Shown in pieces: positions 9,387 to 18,556 of a DNA stretch of 64,000 nt. Where the stretch lies: positions 1-64,000 of the forward strand of contig DAIDJN010000029.1 in NCBI GenBank assembly GCA_027451365.1. The letters run 5' to 3'. The notes below the pieces were generated by a model, which did not search any database, was not told where the DNA came from, and saw only the letters and a program-made list of their open reading frames with translations. The number at the start of each line of letters is the position of its first letter. The stretch's first letter is position 1. The stretch comes from Phycisphaerales bacterium. GTDB taxonomy: Bacteria > Planctomycetota > Phycisphaerae > WQYP01. The position numbers were made by a program, and so were the translations under genes.

Positions 9387-10693
9387 CAGTCCTCCGGTCC
9401 TTCGTCCGCATTTCCTTCACCTACTGATTCTTGGGATCGTCTTACAAGCTCGACCAACTTGGGGGAAGGCTCGAGTCTAATCTCATCCTCTTGCCAAGGT
9501 ATCCCAGCGGCGTTGACGGCCTCAACAGCCGAACTAAGCAGCCCAACTGCGTCGGTTGGCGTCAATTCATACGCGGGCGCGGTTTCGCTAGCACCACCGA
9601 CGATTTCCCAACGCGGCGTTTCAACCGGGACCAGCTGGCATCGCGACCTAATATCGCCGTCCGTTCGCGCAAGCGTCGCGGCACATATACCAAGCGCCGC
9701 CAGAGCCGTTCGCGCCGCGATATCACATTCCGCCGTGGCACCATCGTCCGAAATGGGAAACTCGAGCCGCCGCAACGCGGAGAGGGAAACCACTGTGGTC
9801 TGGAGCGCGTGGTCCATCGTAACGCCTCCCCCGAGAGGTATTTCGGCACCGCCTATAGTTTGCCATTTTGAGATATCGGGGGGAATATTTCCGTGGTTAA
9901 TGGCCGAGGGTTTCCCCGCGGATTTGCCCGAACCAAAAAGGGCCGGCTTTTGCTTATCCTTTACTGCTTCCTCGGCGTTCAAAGTCCAGCCGCCATCGCC
10001 GGTCGAGTAAATCTTCGCCGCGTTGGACTGAATCCCGAGCGGGTCAATCCTGCTGCTGGTCCTTACACCGAATTCGACGTCAACTGCCACAATTTCAGAC
10101 ACAACGGCCCTCGGGAACCTTGGCCCAAGTCCGCCAGGTTTCTCCGGTGACCCCCAGGTGCCAAATAGAAGGGCCGTGGGGCAAAGTCTGAATAATTCGG
10201 TTGCGTTGTGTGCCCGCGCCGATCCCCATCGCCTGGCGTAGTCCGATTCGGCAAATGGTACATCTCGCCCATTCACCTTGACCACGCTATCTCTGAGAAT
10301 AGCGTCAGCAATGCGGTGCGGAGCGTCGAGGCTGGTTATCCGAAAATTCCGGCCCACCTCTTGGAGGCCCCTGCCCGAGAAATCCACCGTGATGACCGGG
10401 ATCTTAATGCGTCCGTCGCGCCACGCCTGCAGAAGAGCGGCTTCCATCCTGTTCGCCTGCGATTGCACTGAATCCAACAAAACGCATTTCACGCGACGGG
10501 AGGCCGAACCCGGCGAGCCAGCGCTTCCGTCGGCGATGAGCCTCGTCTCCACAGCGTAGACGCCACCGAGATAGGTCGGCGGAAACACCTTGTCGCCCCG
10601 GCCTCCCGCGGGCTGAAGACGCGAAACACATCTGATTGCGGAAGCTCCTTTCGTTGCCTCGCCAAGTATTTCGAGCGTTAGTTTTGCAGTCAT
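9386..10693 (-). CDS. csb1: Csb1 (Cas7 backbone, type I-G)
   Basis: LQPAGGRGDKVFPPTY, LLDSVQSQANRME, APHRIADAILRDS, PTALLFGTW and SRIDPLGI motifs. Confidence 0.95.
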   Translation of the reverse strand: MTAKLTLEILGEATKGASAIRCVSRLQPAGGRGDKVFPPTYLGGVYAVETRLIADGSAGSPGSASRRVKCVLLDSVQSQANRMEAALLQAWRDGRIKIPVITVDFSGRGLQEVGRNFRITSLDAPHRIADAILRDSVVKVNGRDVPFAESDYARRWGSARAHNATELFRLCPTALLFGTWGSPEKPGGLGPRFPRAVVSEIVAVDVEFGVRTSSRIDPLGIQSNAAKIYSTGDGGWTLNAEEAVKDKQKPALFGSGKSAGKPSAINHGNIPPDISKWQTIGGAEIPLGGGVTMDHALQTTVVSLSALRRLEFPISDDGATAECDIAARTALAALGICAATLARTDGDIRSRCQLVPVETPRWEIVGGASETAPAYELTPTDAVGLLSSAVEAVNAAGIPWQEDEIRLEPSPKLVELVRRSQESVGEGNADEGPED

Positions 10694-11049
10694 TATAAAT
10701 CTCCTAATTTTAAGACTATACTATTACCCACCGGGCGGCTTATGCCCCGTGAGCTTCTCGAAGATGTCCTTAAATTCGGTCATCACAAAACCCGATCAAC
10801 CAACTTATACAGCCACGTGCGAAATGAAAGCGGCTCGATGACGCCGCTTCCGCGTGCCGCAAAGTATGCGCCGCAACAGGCTTCAAGGCAAATCTGTTTT
10901 TCAAAAATTCTTTCTCAGCGACATACGTATGTCAGTGATCGACCCGCCAGGGCCAACCTTAGTCTCTTTGGGGAACCCCGTTGTCCTGCATACGGCAACC
11001 CGCCCGCCACATCTGCAAGGGTTTGAATGGAATGCCGCCCAGGCTGGCA

Positions 11050-12849
11050 TCATGTTCCGCTAGCCCTGAAATGAGCTTCAATTTCCTCCAGAGTTTTGTT
11101 TCTGGTTTCCGGCAGAAAAAAGGCCGCTGTCACAAAATAAATAACCGTACATCCGGCAAACAGCAGAAACATGGGGCCATAGCCATACGCGCCGACCAAG
11201 GGCAGGAAAAAGGCTGCAATGGCGGTTGATACAATCTGATTAATAAGCAGCGCAATGCTCATTCCGTTGGAACGAATCCGTGTCGGCATCAATTCGGACA
11301 GCGCCAGCCACACGCACACGCCCGGTCCGACGGCATAAAAGGCGACGAACACAAACAGACAGACTGCGATAAGCCAGCCGTTGCCCGCCGCTGGGACAGG
11401 CGATATCCAGGCATGGTCAATCTTGAGCGGCGCACGGCGGGCGGCGGATAAGGAGACAAAAGGATTTGTAAAAAAGGCTATGACCCCATTGGCGGGCACG
11501 CAACCGGCACGTGACAGACGGATGGGGGTATCTGTGGCGCTGTCCGAGCGATTCACCGGAGTTGTCGCATGGAACCCGCCATACGAATAATTGATGATCA
11601 GTGTGAAAGCCCGCCCCGCGGCCAATGCCCGGTCGTCCGCAGGTGCGGCATTGGCGATAAGCCGACGGGCCAGGGCCGGGGTGAACCGCAGGCTCATCGC
11701 CTGATTGCGGGAAATGCTAGCCTGCAAAGCGGTTCGCACATCAAGCTTTCCGCTTTCAGAATGGATAAAAAGCAGTCCTGTCAGAAGAAGCGACACAATA
11801 ATGCCGGCGCTGCCGAAGCACAGGAGTTTCTTGCGTCCGATTCGGTCCACGCCCAGCACACCGATGATGGTTGCCAGAAAGTTCACCCCCGTAAACAGCA
11901 CATATCCCCAATGGGCCTGCACATCGTTCAGGCCGGCCTGCGCCAGAATGTTTGTGTTGTATCCGATAATCGAATTGATGCCGGTGGCCTGATTGCACGC
12001 CAGAATAATACATGCCAGAAGAAATGGAATAATGTACCTGCGATGCAGAAGCGATTCAGACCGGCCGCGGCGAGCGCGTGACCCGGCGGATGCGACGGTT
12101 TCGGCCGCCTGCCGCATTTCGGCAAGTTCAATATCCGCCGATTGCGCCGTTCGCGACCGCAGGAGCGCGCTGCGGGCTTCAACCAGGCGGCCACGGCGAA
12201 AAAGCCAGCGCGGTGATTCGGTAAGAAACAGGCTGCCGAATACAAACAGCAGGCTTGGCGGCAGCGTGGCCCAGAATATGCCGCGCCAGGCGGCATTTTT
12301 AAATGCGAAAAGAGTCGCTGCCGGGTCATGTCCGCTAACCGCCGCCACGCGGATGCTGAAAAACATGCCGATTAAAGCCGCCGCCACCAGGCCAAATGTC
12401 AGCATCAGTTGGAATAGGGCGGTTCCGCGCCCGCGCTGCCGCGGTCCGAGGCATTCGGCCAGATACAGCGGTATCACCACGCCTATATAGCCGGCACTCA
12501 TTCCCTGCAGCAGTCGGCCGAAAATAAGCGGGGCGTAGCCCTGGGAAAGGGCAATAATCGGAATGCTTATCGCAAAAAGCGAGCCGCTTATGATCATAAG
12601 CCTTTTACGCCCCATCCAATCAGCCAGCATGCCGGCGAACATTGTTGAAATAACACTGCCCAGCAGGACCGCCGCAACCACCATGGAAAGCTGGGCCGCG
12701 CTTAATCCGGAAGTTTCCTGCAAATAAGGAAGAGCGCCGGCAATGATGCCGACGTCAATGCCATACAACAATCCGCCCAGACCAGCGATAAAAAGAAGAA
12801 ACCGATTGTATCTTCGGAGGGATTGGTCGTGCCGCGAAAACAGTTCCAT
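11050..12849 (-). CDS. Sugar porter family MFS transporter
   Basis: GGLLYGIDVGIIAGA, ADWMGRK, PLYLAE, TESPRWL, NQATGINSI, LSELMPTRIRS and PETRNKTLEEIE. Start moved to ATG 12849. Confidence 0.93.
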   Translation of the reverse strand: MELFSRHDQSLRRYNRFLLFIAGLGGLLYGIDVGIIAGALPYLQETSGLSAAQLSMVVAAVLLGSVISTMFAGMLADWMGRKRLMIISGSLFAISIPIIALSQGYAPLIFGRLLQGMSAGYIGVVIPLYLAECLGPRQRGRGTALFQLMLTFGLVAAALIGMFFSIRVAAVSGHDPAATLFAFKNAAWRGIFWATLPPSLLFVFGSLFLTESPRWLFRRGRLVEARSALLRSRTAQSADIELAEMRQAAETVASAGSRARRGRSESLLHRRYIIPFLLACIILACNQATGINSIIGYNTNILAQAGLNDVQAHWGYVLFTGVNFLATIIGVLGVDRIGRKKLLCFGSAGIIVSLLLTGLLFIHSESGKLDVRTALQASISRNQAMSLRFTPALARRLIANAAPADDRALAAGRAFTLIINYSYGGFHATTPVNRSDSATDTPIRLSRAGCVPANGVIAFFTNPFVSLSAARRAPLKIDHAWISPVPAAGNGWLIAVCLFVFVAFYAVGPGVCVWLALSELMPTRIRSNGMSIALLINQIVSTAIAAFFLPLVGAYGYGPMFLLFAGCTVIYFVTAAFFLPETRNKTLEEIEAHFRASGT

Positions 12850-13238
12850 CAGGGATTTCCTTAATCTCGGGCATTTGCGCGTGAAGGGCGGTCCGTACGG
12901 CGCACGGATTATTTGCCGATACAATAACAGGAAGTTCGCATTTTGGCGTTCCAATCTGGCGGGTGCCATGACACGGGGTCATTATCATAACCCCGGGAAG
13001 AACCGTGAAGGCTACGGCCGCGCCGCATTACGGGAAAAGGGTGACAGGGGCACGCATGGCAAACCGACGACTTTCAACCAGAACCTGACAAAACGAGTCA
13101 ACCGGATTGCAAAGCCGGTGCGGCCATCCGGGAACGCTGAAAACAAACGCCAAATACAAACGCCAAAAACAAAATCCGGACGAATCCCCTTCCGGCCACT
13201 ATAATAAAAGCGGTTTTAGAAACAGGTGCAACGGTACA

Positions 13239-14069
13239 ATGAACACCATGAACACAGATACGCCGAAATCGACAGACAATCAGCATCCTCGCGTGGTCAA
13301 CTGGGTGGCCGTGGGGGCGGGCATTTGCCTGCTTGGCGAAATTCTGATTATGTCCCGGTACAAGCCAAGTCTTACCGAGCCGCCACCGATTTCCGTGCTG
13401 CTGCTTTCGCTGTCGACCCTGTTTTTAGGTGCCGGGTCACTGCTGTACCGTCTGGACAAGCGCCAATACTGGTTCACCGGTCGCGCGCTGGGCGTGGTTT
13501 CCATGCTGTTTGGCATGATCATCTTTTCGGTGCAGTCTTTGGGGCTGCATAAAGACCGGGAAGTTCTGCTGGAAAAACAATTGAAAGTTGTGGCGGCCGC
13601 GTGTGTCACCTATGCCCGGTCGCACCATGGCCATTATCCGCCGAACCTGGCGGCGCTGCTGGAGACCAATCTGATCAAGCCGGCTTACCTGAGCGATCCG
13701 ACGAATGTTCGCGAACCGCTGACGCTGCCATCGGACTGGCGCACAATCAAGCCAAAAATACTGATTCACGCGATTAACGCCAACAGCGATTTTCGGTACG
13801 TCGGCAACGACCTTCAACTGCCGAAAAATTTGAAATCCGGCACGCCGCCGCCAGCCGCTTTTGGCCGCATTATTATTCTGTATTCCAACGAACAGCAGGC
13901 CAGCACGGCCGGGGAACTGGCGTTCGCCGATGGCCATATTGCGTATGTTCAGCTTGGCCAGATGCCGCAAACACTTTACGCCAGCAACCAGGCCCGCAAA
14001 AAACTGGGGCTGCCACCCATGACATTCAGTGCCGGAATTGCGAAGCCCGCCGCGGCGACGGCAAAGTAA
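13239..14069 (+). CDS. Membrane protein with three N-terminal TM segments and a pilin/DUF1559-like C-terminal domain
   Basis: Three hydrophobic stretches, then LKVVAAACVTYARSHHGHYPPNL and GELAFADGHIAYV (H-X9-DG-like tail). Start uncertain. Confidence 0.6.
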   Translation: MNTMNTDTPKSTDNQHPRVVNWVAVGAGICLLGEILIMSRYKPSLTEPPPISVLLLSLSTLFLGAGSLLYRLDKRQYWFTGRALGVVSMLFGMIIFSVQSLGLHKDREVLLEKQLKVVAAACVTYARSHHGHYPPNLAALLETNLIKPAYLSDPTNVREPLTLPSDWRTIKPKILIHAINANSDFRYVGNDLQLPKNLKSGTPPPAAFGRIIILYSNEQQASTAGELAFADGHIAYVQLGQMPQTLYASNQARKKLGLPPMTFSAGIAKPAAATAK

Positions 14070-14093
14070 CCTCCGCGTCGCAAACCGGCAGCT

Positions 14094-15116
14094 TCACGCA
14101 TTTCGGCCCAAGACCCGGCCATACAGCCAGCGTCGCGCGTTGGCGCGATACATTTTTTCCAGAACTTCCACAGGCAAGTCCAGGCCGACCAGACGCGGCT
14201 TTCCGTTGGCGGCATCCGGGTCTTCAATGGGCGACAGACCATTGAAATCAGATTCCCAGAGTTTCTGATGCGCCCAATAGCGACTGGCATAGTGGTCGTG
14301 ATTGTATTTTTCGCCGACGACCAGGTCGCTTCCGAACAAGATGCGGTCCTGATTCCTGATAAAAAAGTCCCGCACCCGTCCTGGCGATTGTTCGGCAACG
14401 GCACGGACAATCCATTTGGTGGCGCTGGAGTCGACTATGTAGTGCGGAAAGCGATCCAGTCGCACTTGCAGTGCATCGAGATCTTCCAGACTGCCACCCA
14501 TGTGGGCGCCCATATGAATGCGGTCCGGGTATTTTTCCAGCAGACGTTCCAGCATGGCAAACTGTTCAGGAAAGCCGCGGTGCCCTTCCGACGGTTTGTA
14601 TTTGCGGTCTTCGCCGAACCAGGCGCGCGGGTCGCCCACGTGGCTCATAAAATGATAGCCCAGGTCATACGCATGATGGATGACGCGTTGAATCGCCGGA
14701 CTGTCCAGGTCCATACCCATGCGTTTCTGCGTTCCCGGCGCCATATGAAATTTAATCAGGCGGGATCCACGCTGATAAAATTCGTCCAGGCGGCGAATCC
14801 ATTCGGCGATAAAATCGTCGCCAGGACCAAGATTCTGCCATTTGGGAATCGCGATAAACTGGAATCGGCCGGGAAATGCCTGCTGCAATGCATCCACATC
14901 TTCCAGCGGGGCCATCGTCCAGATTTCCCCTATGCTGTATTCATCCGCCACACGCAGATATTCCCGCGTCAGCGCCACGTCCCGTGTATGGGTATGAACA
15001 TCCACAATCGGCCCGGCGATTTTTCGCGGTGGTATGTGGCTGTAATCCACACCAGTTAAATTGTAAGGAGGAATTTCCGTCGCCGGCGGTGTTGCGGTAG
15101 GGGAGCTGTCAGCCAT
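14094..15116 (-). CDS. Amidohydrolase family protein
   Basis: IVDVHTH, IKFH, SHVGDP, GAHMG and ILFGSDL metal-binding TIM-barrel motifs. Confidence 0.85.
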   Translation of the reverse strand: MADSSPTATPPATEIPPYNLTGVDYSHIPPRKIAGPIVDVHTHTRDVALTREYLRVADEYSIGEIWTMAPLEDVDALQQAFPGRFQFIAIPKWQNLGPGDDFIAEWIRRLDEFYQRGSRLIKFHMAPGTQKRMGMDLDSPAIQRVIHHAYDLGYHFMSHVGDPRAWFGEDRKYKPSEGHRGFPEQFAMLERLLEKYPDRIHMGAHMGGSLEDLDALQVRLDRFPHYIVDSSATKWIVRAVAEQSPGRVRDFFIRNQDRILFGSDLVVGEKYNHDHYASRYWAHQKLWESDFNGLSPIEDPDAANGKPRLVGLDLPVEVLEKMYRANARRWLYGRVLGRNA

Positions 15117-15594
15117 GGGTAATAAAACCTCCAAATTAAAGCCACGCTATTTTAGGCACACAGTATCACCGGCGGCCAATGGCTTTTGCCGGGTGTATTA
15201 TTTTAGCCGGGATTGGTCGAGTTGTATTTTGTGCGCCCCACAGCGCGGTTTGGAACTTTTCAGGCTTGCGGGCCGACGGCGCGGCCCGTCCACAAAGTGC
15301 GCGCCGATCAGACGGTTTCAACCATCCGATACGACGTGTGGTCAGGCGAACTGACGTGGTTATCGCCCATGCATTCACGGCGGGGGAACAAAGTTGCATT
15401 TTGTGTCCGCTATGACGATTCGCGGACCGGGTTAAGCCATCCGGGCACGGCTTAAACAACGCGCCGGTACGGGTGGAGTAAAACCTCCGCGAATTCGGCG
15501 CGACGGCATCTGCGACGAATATCGGCGATTTTATTGCGAAATCAAACTGGTAAACCCATGGAACAGCCATTCATTGAAGCTGGTCTGATATCCG

Positions 15595-16977
15595 TTATGG
15601 AAAAACCAGATAGCCGACGCCCAGTCCGCCGTTGCGGACCACAAGCACCTGCACACGGCCGGTCTTGGGCAGATGCGGGAGCAGAATGCCCAGGTCGTGA
15701 AGCGTGCGAATGGGATACGGTCCAAGTTTTACCAGCACATCTTGCGGCTTAAGGCCGGCCAGGGCGCCAATTGAACCAGCTTTTACCGCCTTGATAAAAA
15801 TGCCCGATTGCACTTTAAAATGATATTTTCCCGCCATCAGCGGAGTCATTTGTTCAATGGTAATGCCCAATTTTTTCCGAGCATCAATCACCACCGGTGA
15901 AGGCGGAACGGCCAGGATCGGATAGGAAAGCATTTTGCCGTTTACCAGGAGAACCTTCACGGATTTCTGGCCCGGTGCGGTGGCCAGCAGCGCGGCACAT
16001 GCACCGATAAGCGTATGAATCCGGCGGCCATCAATGGAACGTATGGTGGAATCCGGTATGCCGGAAATCTGAACTTTTTCCTGAATGTCCGCGGGCTGGC
16101 GCAGGGTGCGCTGGTCAACAAAATTAATGGGGATATTCAGTCCGCGCGCCATCGCGGGGTTGAGCAGTTCCGGCAGGAGCGAAGCCAAACGGTCTACGCC
16201 GATGGCAAAGCCGATATTCTGCGCGTTGCCGCGAATGGCCGTATTAATGCCTACCACCTGTCCGTATACATTCAGCAGGGGGCCGCCGGAATTGCCCGGA
16301 TTAATGGCGGCATCGGTCTGAATAAGATTTTTCAGCGGCACCGGATTTTTCGGTTCATGAATTTCCCGGTGCAGGGCTGAGACAATGCCCGAACTGACGC
16401 TTTGGCTGAAGCCGAACGGATTTCCAACCGCGATGCACGGCTCGCCGATCATCAAGTCCGCGGAACTTCCAAGAGGAATGGTCGGAAACGTTTTCTTGCG
16501 GTCAATTTTCAGAATGGCCAGGTCCGCCTGCGGGTCGCTGCCGACAACATGCGCCTTGTATGATTTGCCATTCGAAAGTGTTACAGAAATGGCCCGCGCC
16601 TGATCCACCACATGGTTGTTGGTAACAACATATCCTTCTTTTTGAATGATGAATCCGCTTCCCAGAAAGTCAGCGGGCATCTGCACAAACGGGCCGCCGG
16701 CCACGGGGCCCCAGAACACGCCGCCGAAGGGGTTAATCTGTCTTGTGATCAGGCGTTTGGCGGTGATGGACACAATGGCCGGGCTGCAATGGCGCACCAC
16801 CTGCACCGTGACCGTATCGCGCAGATTATGCGTATCCACGCGCGGTTGCCAAGGTCCGGCCGCAGCCGCGCGGCGCGAGCCGGAAACAATGCATAAGGAG
16901 ATGATCGCAAGACCGGCCAGGGCACGGCCCGCCGACCTGCGAAGAATCGTTTTTGCCAGCATCGGAAAAAAAGCCAT
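15595..16977 (-). CDS. htrA: HtrA/DegP-family periplasmic serine protease with PDZ domain
   Basis: Signal peptide, GSGFII, VVTNNHVV, DLAILKI, IQTDAAINPGNSGGPL and a C-terminal PDZ. Confidence 0.93.
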   Translation of the reverse strand: MAFFPMLAKTILRRSAGRALAGLAIISLCIVSGSRRAAAAGPWQPRVDTHNLRDTVTVQVVRHCSPAIVSITAKRLITRQINPFGGVFWGPVAGGPFVQMPADFLGSGFIIQKEGYVVTNNHVVDQARAISVTLSNGKSYKAHVVGSDPQADLAILKIDRKKTFPTIPLGSSADLMIGEPCIAVGNPFGFSQSVSSGIVSALHREIHEPKNPVPLKNLIQTDAAINPGNSGGPLLNVYGQVVGINTAIRGNAQNIGFAIGVDRLASLLPELLNPAMARGLNIPINFVDQRTLRQPADIQEKVQISGIPDSTIRSIDGRRIHTLIGACAALLATAPGQKSVKVLLVNGKMLSYPILAVPPSPVVIDARKKLGITIEQMTPLMAGKYHFKVQSGIFIKAVKAGSIGALAGLKPQDVLVKLGPYPIRTLHDLGILLPHLPKTGRVQVLVVRNGGLGVGYLVFP

Positions 16978-17073
16978 AGTCAAAACTCCATTTCAAAAAT
17001 CCCGCCCGGCGGCTACGCGGGTCACGGTGATGGTTATACGTCTGGACCATGCAATCCGGCGGAAAATTTTATC

Positions 17074-18462
17074 CTATCGGCCGGGCGACCGTCTGGTTTT
17101 CTTTCTGCCGGCGGGTGCCGAACGGTCCGGGGTCGGCTTGCGGGCGGTGCGGTGATGGCTGCGCACCAGCAGGCGGATCGGAACTTCCGAAAGACTGGTC
17201 CGCTGCCGCAATTGGCGGACAAAATACCGGCGATATTCTTCTGTTACCAGATCGGGCTGATTGACGCTTAACACAATGGTGGGCGGGTTGACCGCAATTT
17301 GTGTGGCGTAATAAACTTTCACCGGCCGAGATGTGCGGCTGCTGGGGCCGCGCTGCTGAACAATGTCCTGCACCGCCTGATTCAACTGGCCGGTGCTAAG
17401 GCGGGTGGCGGCCTGCCGATGGAGGGAAAATGCCAGCCGCAGCGTTTCGCGGACGTGCTGGTTGTCTTTGGCACTGATGCATGCGACCGGAGCGAATTCC
17501 AACTGCGGAAACATCTTTCCGACATAATCAGCAAACTGGGCCGAAGTGGCCCGCTCGCCCACGAGGTCCCATTTATTGATGGCCAGAATAGTGGGTTTGA
17601 ACTGTTCCTGAATGTAGGCCGCCAGTTTCTGGTCCACATCGCCGGTTTCCAGGGCGGCGTCCAGCATCAATATCACCAGGTCCGCCCGCCGGATGGACCG
17701 CTGCGCACGGTGGTAACTGTAAAATTCAAGATCATTGCTGGTCATTTTCGACCGCTTGCGAACACCCGCGGTATCAATGACGACCAGGCGGCGGCCGTCG
17801 AAGTCAATATGCACGTCCACACTGTCGCGCGTGGTCCCGGCCACTTCCGAAACAATTACCCGCGGCTGGCCCGCCCAGGCGTTGATCAGCGTGCTTTTTC
17901 CGGCGTTCCGCTTGCCCACGACGGCAATTTTTAATTCCGGTTCTTCCACGGAATCCGCCATTTCATCCGCCAGATTGGCCGTAATGCGGGACAGCAGGTC
18001 ATCGCGTCCACGGTTTTCCCGGCACGAAATCACCACCGGCTCGCCAAAACCCAGCGAAAAGAAATCCGCACTGTTGACGGCCATTGCGGCGGAATCCACC
18101 TTATTTGCGACCAGCATGACCGGTTTGGAAAAGCCGCGCAAAAGTGTGGCAACGGTTTTGTCCAGAGAAACCAGCCCGTTGCGGGCGTCCACCACAAACA
18201 GAATCAGACTTGCCTCTTCAATGGCCTGACGAATCTGTTCACGCACCTGCTCGGTCAGGTTGTCGGGGTCATCTATGCCGTAGCCGCCGGTATCAATAAG
18301 TTCAAAAAAGCGGCCTTCATGTTCCACAATCGCGCCGATGCGATCTCGAGTGACTCCCGCGGTGGGATCCACAATGGAAATAAGCCGGCGCGCCAGGAAA
18401 TTCAACAGGCTGGACTTGCCCACATTGGGCCTGCCGATAATGGCCACACTTGGAAGTTTCAT
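17074..18462 (-). CDS. der: Ribosome biogenesis GTPase Der (EngA)
   Basis: Two G-domains (GRPNVGKS/DTGG/NKVD and GKRNAGKS/DTAG/NKWD) and a KH-like C-terminus. Confidence 0.97.
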   Translation of the reverse strand: MKLPSVAIIGRPNVGKSSLLNFLARRLISIVDPTAGVTRDRIGAIVEHEGRFFELIDTGGYGIDDPDNLTEQVREQIRQAIEEASLILFVVDARNGLVSLDKTVATLLRGFSKPVMLVANKVDSAAMAVNSADFFSLGFGEPVVISCRENRGRDDLLSRITANLADEMADSVEEPELKIAVVGKRNAGKSTLINAWAGQPRVIVSEVAGTTRDSVDVHIDFDGRRLVVIDTAGVRKRSKMTSNDLEFYSYHRAQRSIRRADLVILMLDAALETGDVDQKLAAYIQEQFKPTILAINKWDLVGERATSAQFADYVGKMFPQLEFAPVACISAKDNQHVRETLRLAFSLHRQAATRLSTGQLNQAVQDIVQQRGPSSRTSRPVKVYYATQIAVNPPTIVLSVNQPDLVTEEYRRYFVRQLRQRTSLSEVPIRLLVRSHHRTARKPTPDRSAPAGRKKTRRSPGR

Positions 18463-18556
18463 AAACCATCGCCTTTTTCTGCCCTGTCGCGGCCTGCCGC
18501 CGGGGCTTTAAGGGAAAACAGGGGTGTGAAAGCTTCAGCCATCGCACCGCGTGGGG

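Noticed and set aside
15572..15580. CATTGAAGC matching the repeat 3' handle (also GCTTCAA near 10880)
   Set aside because: No accompanying hairpin, and too short to be significant.
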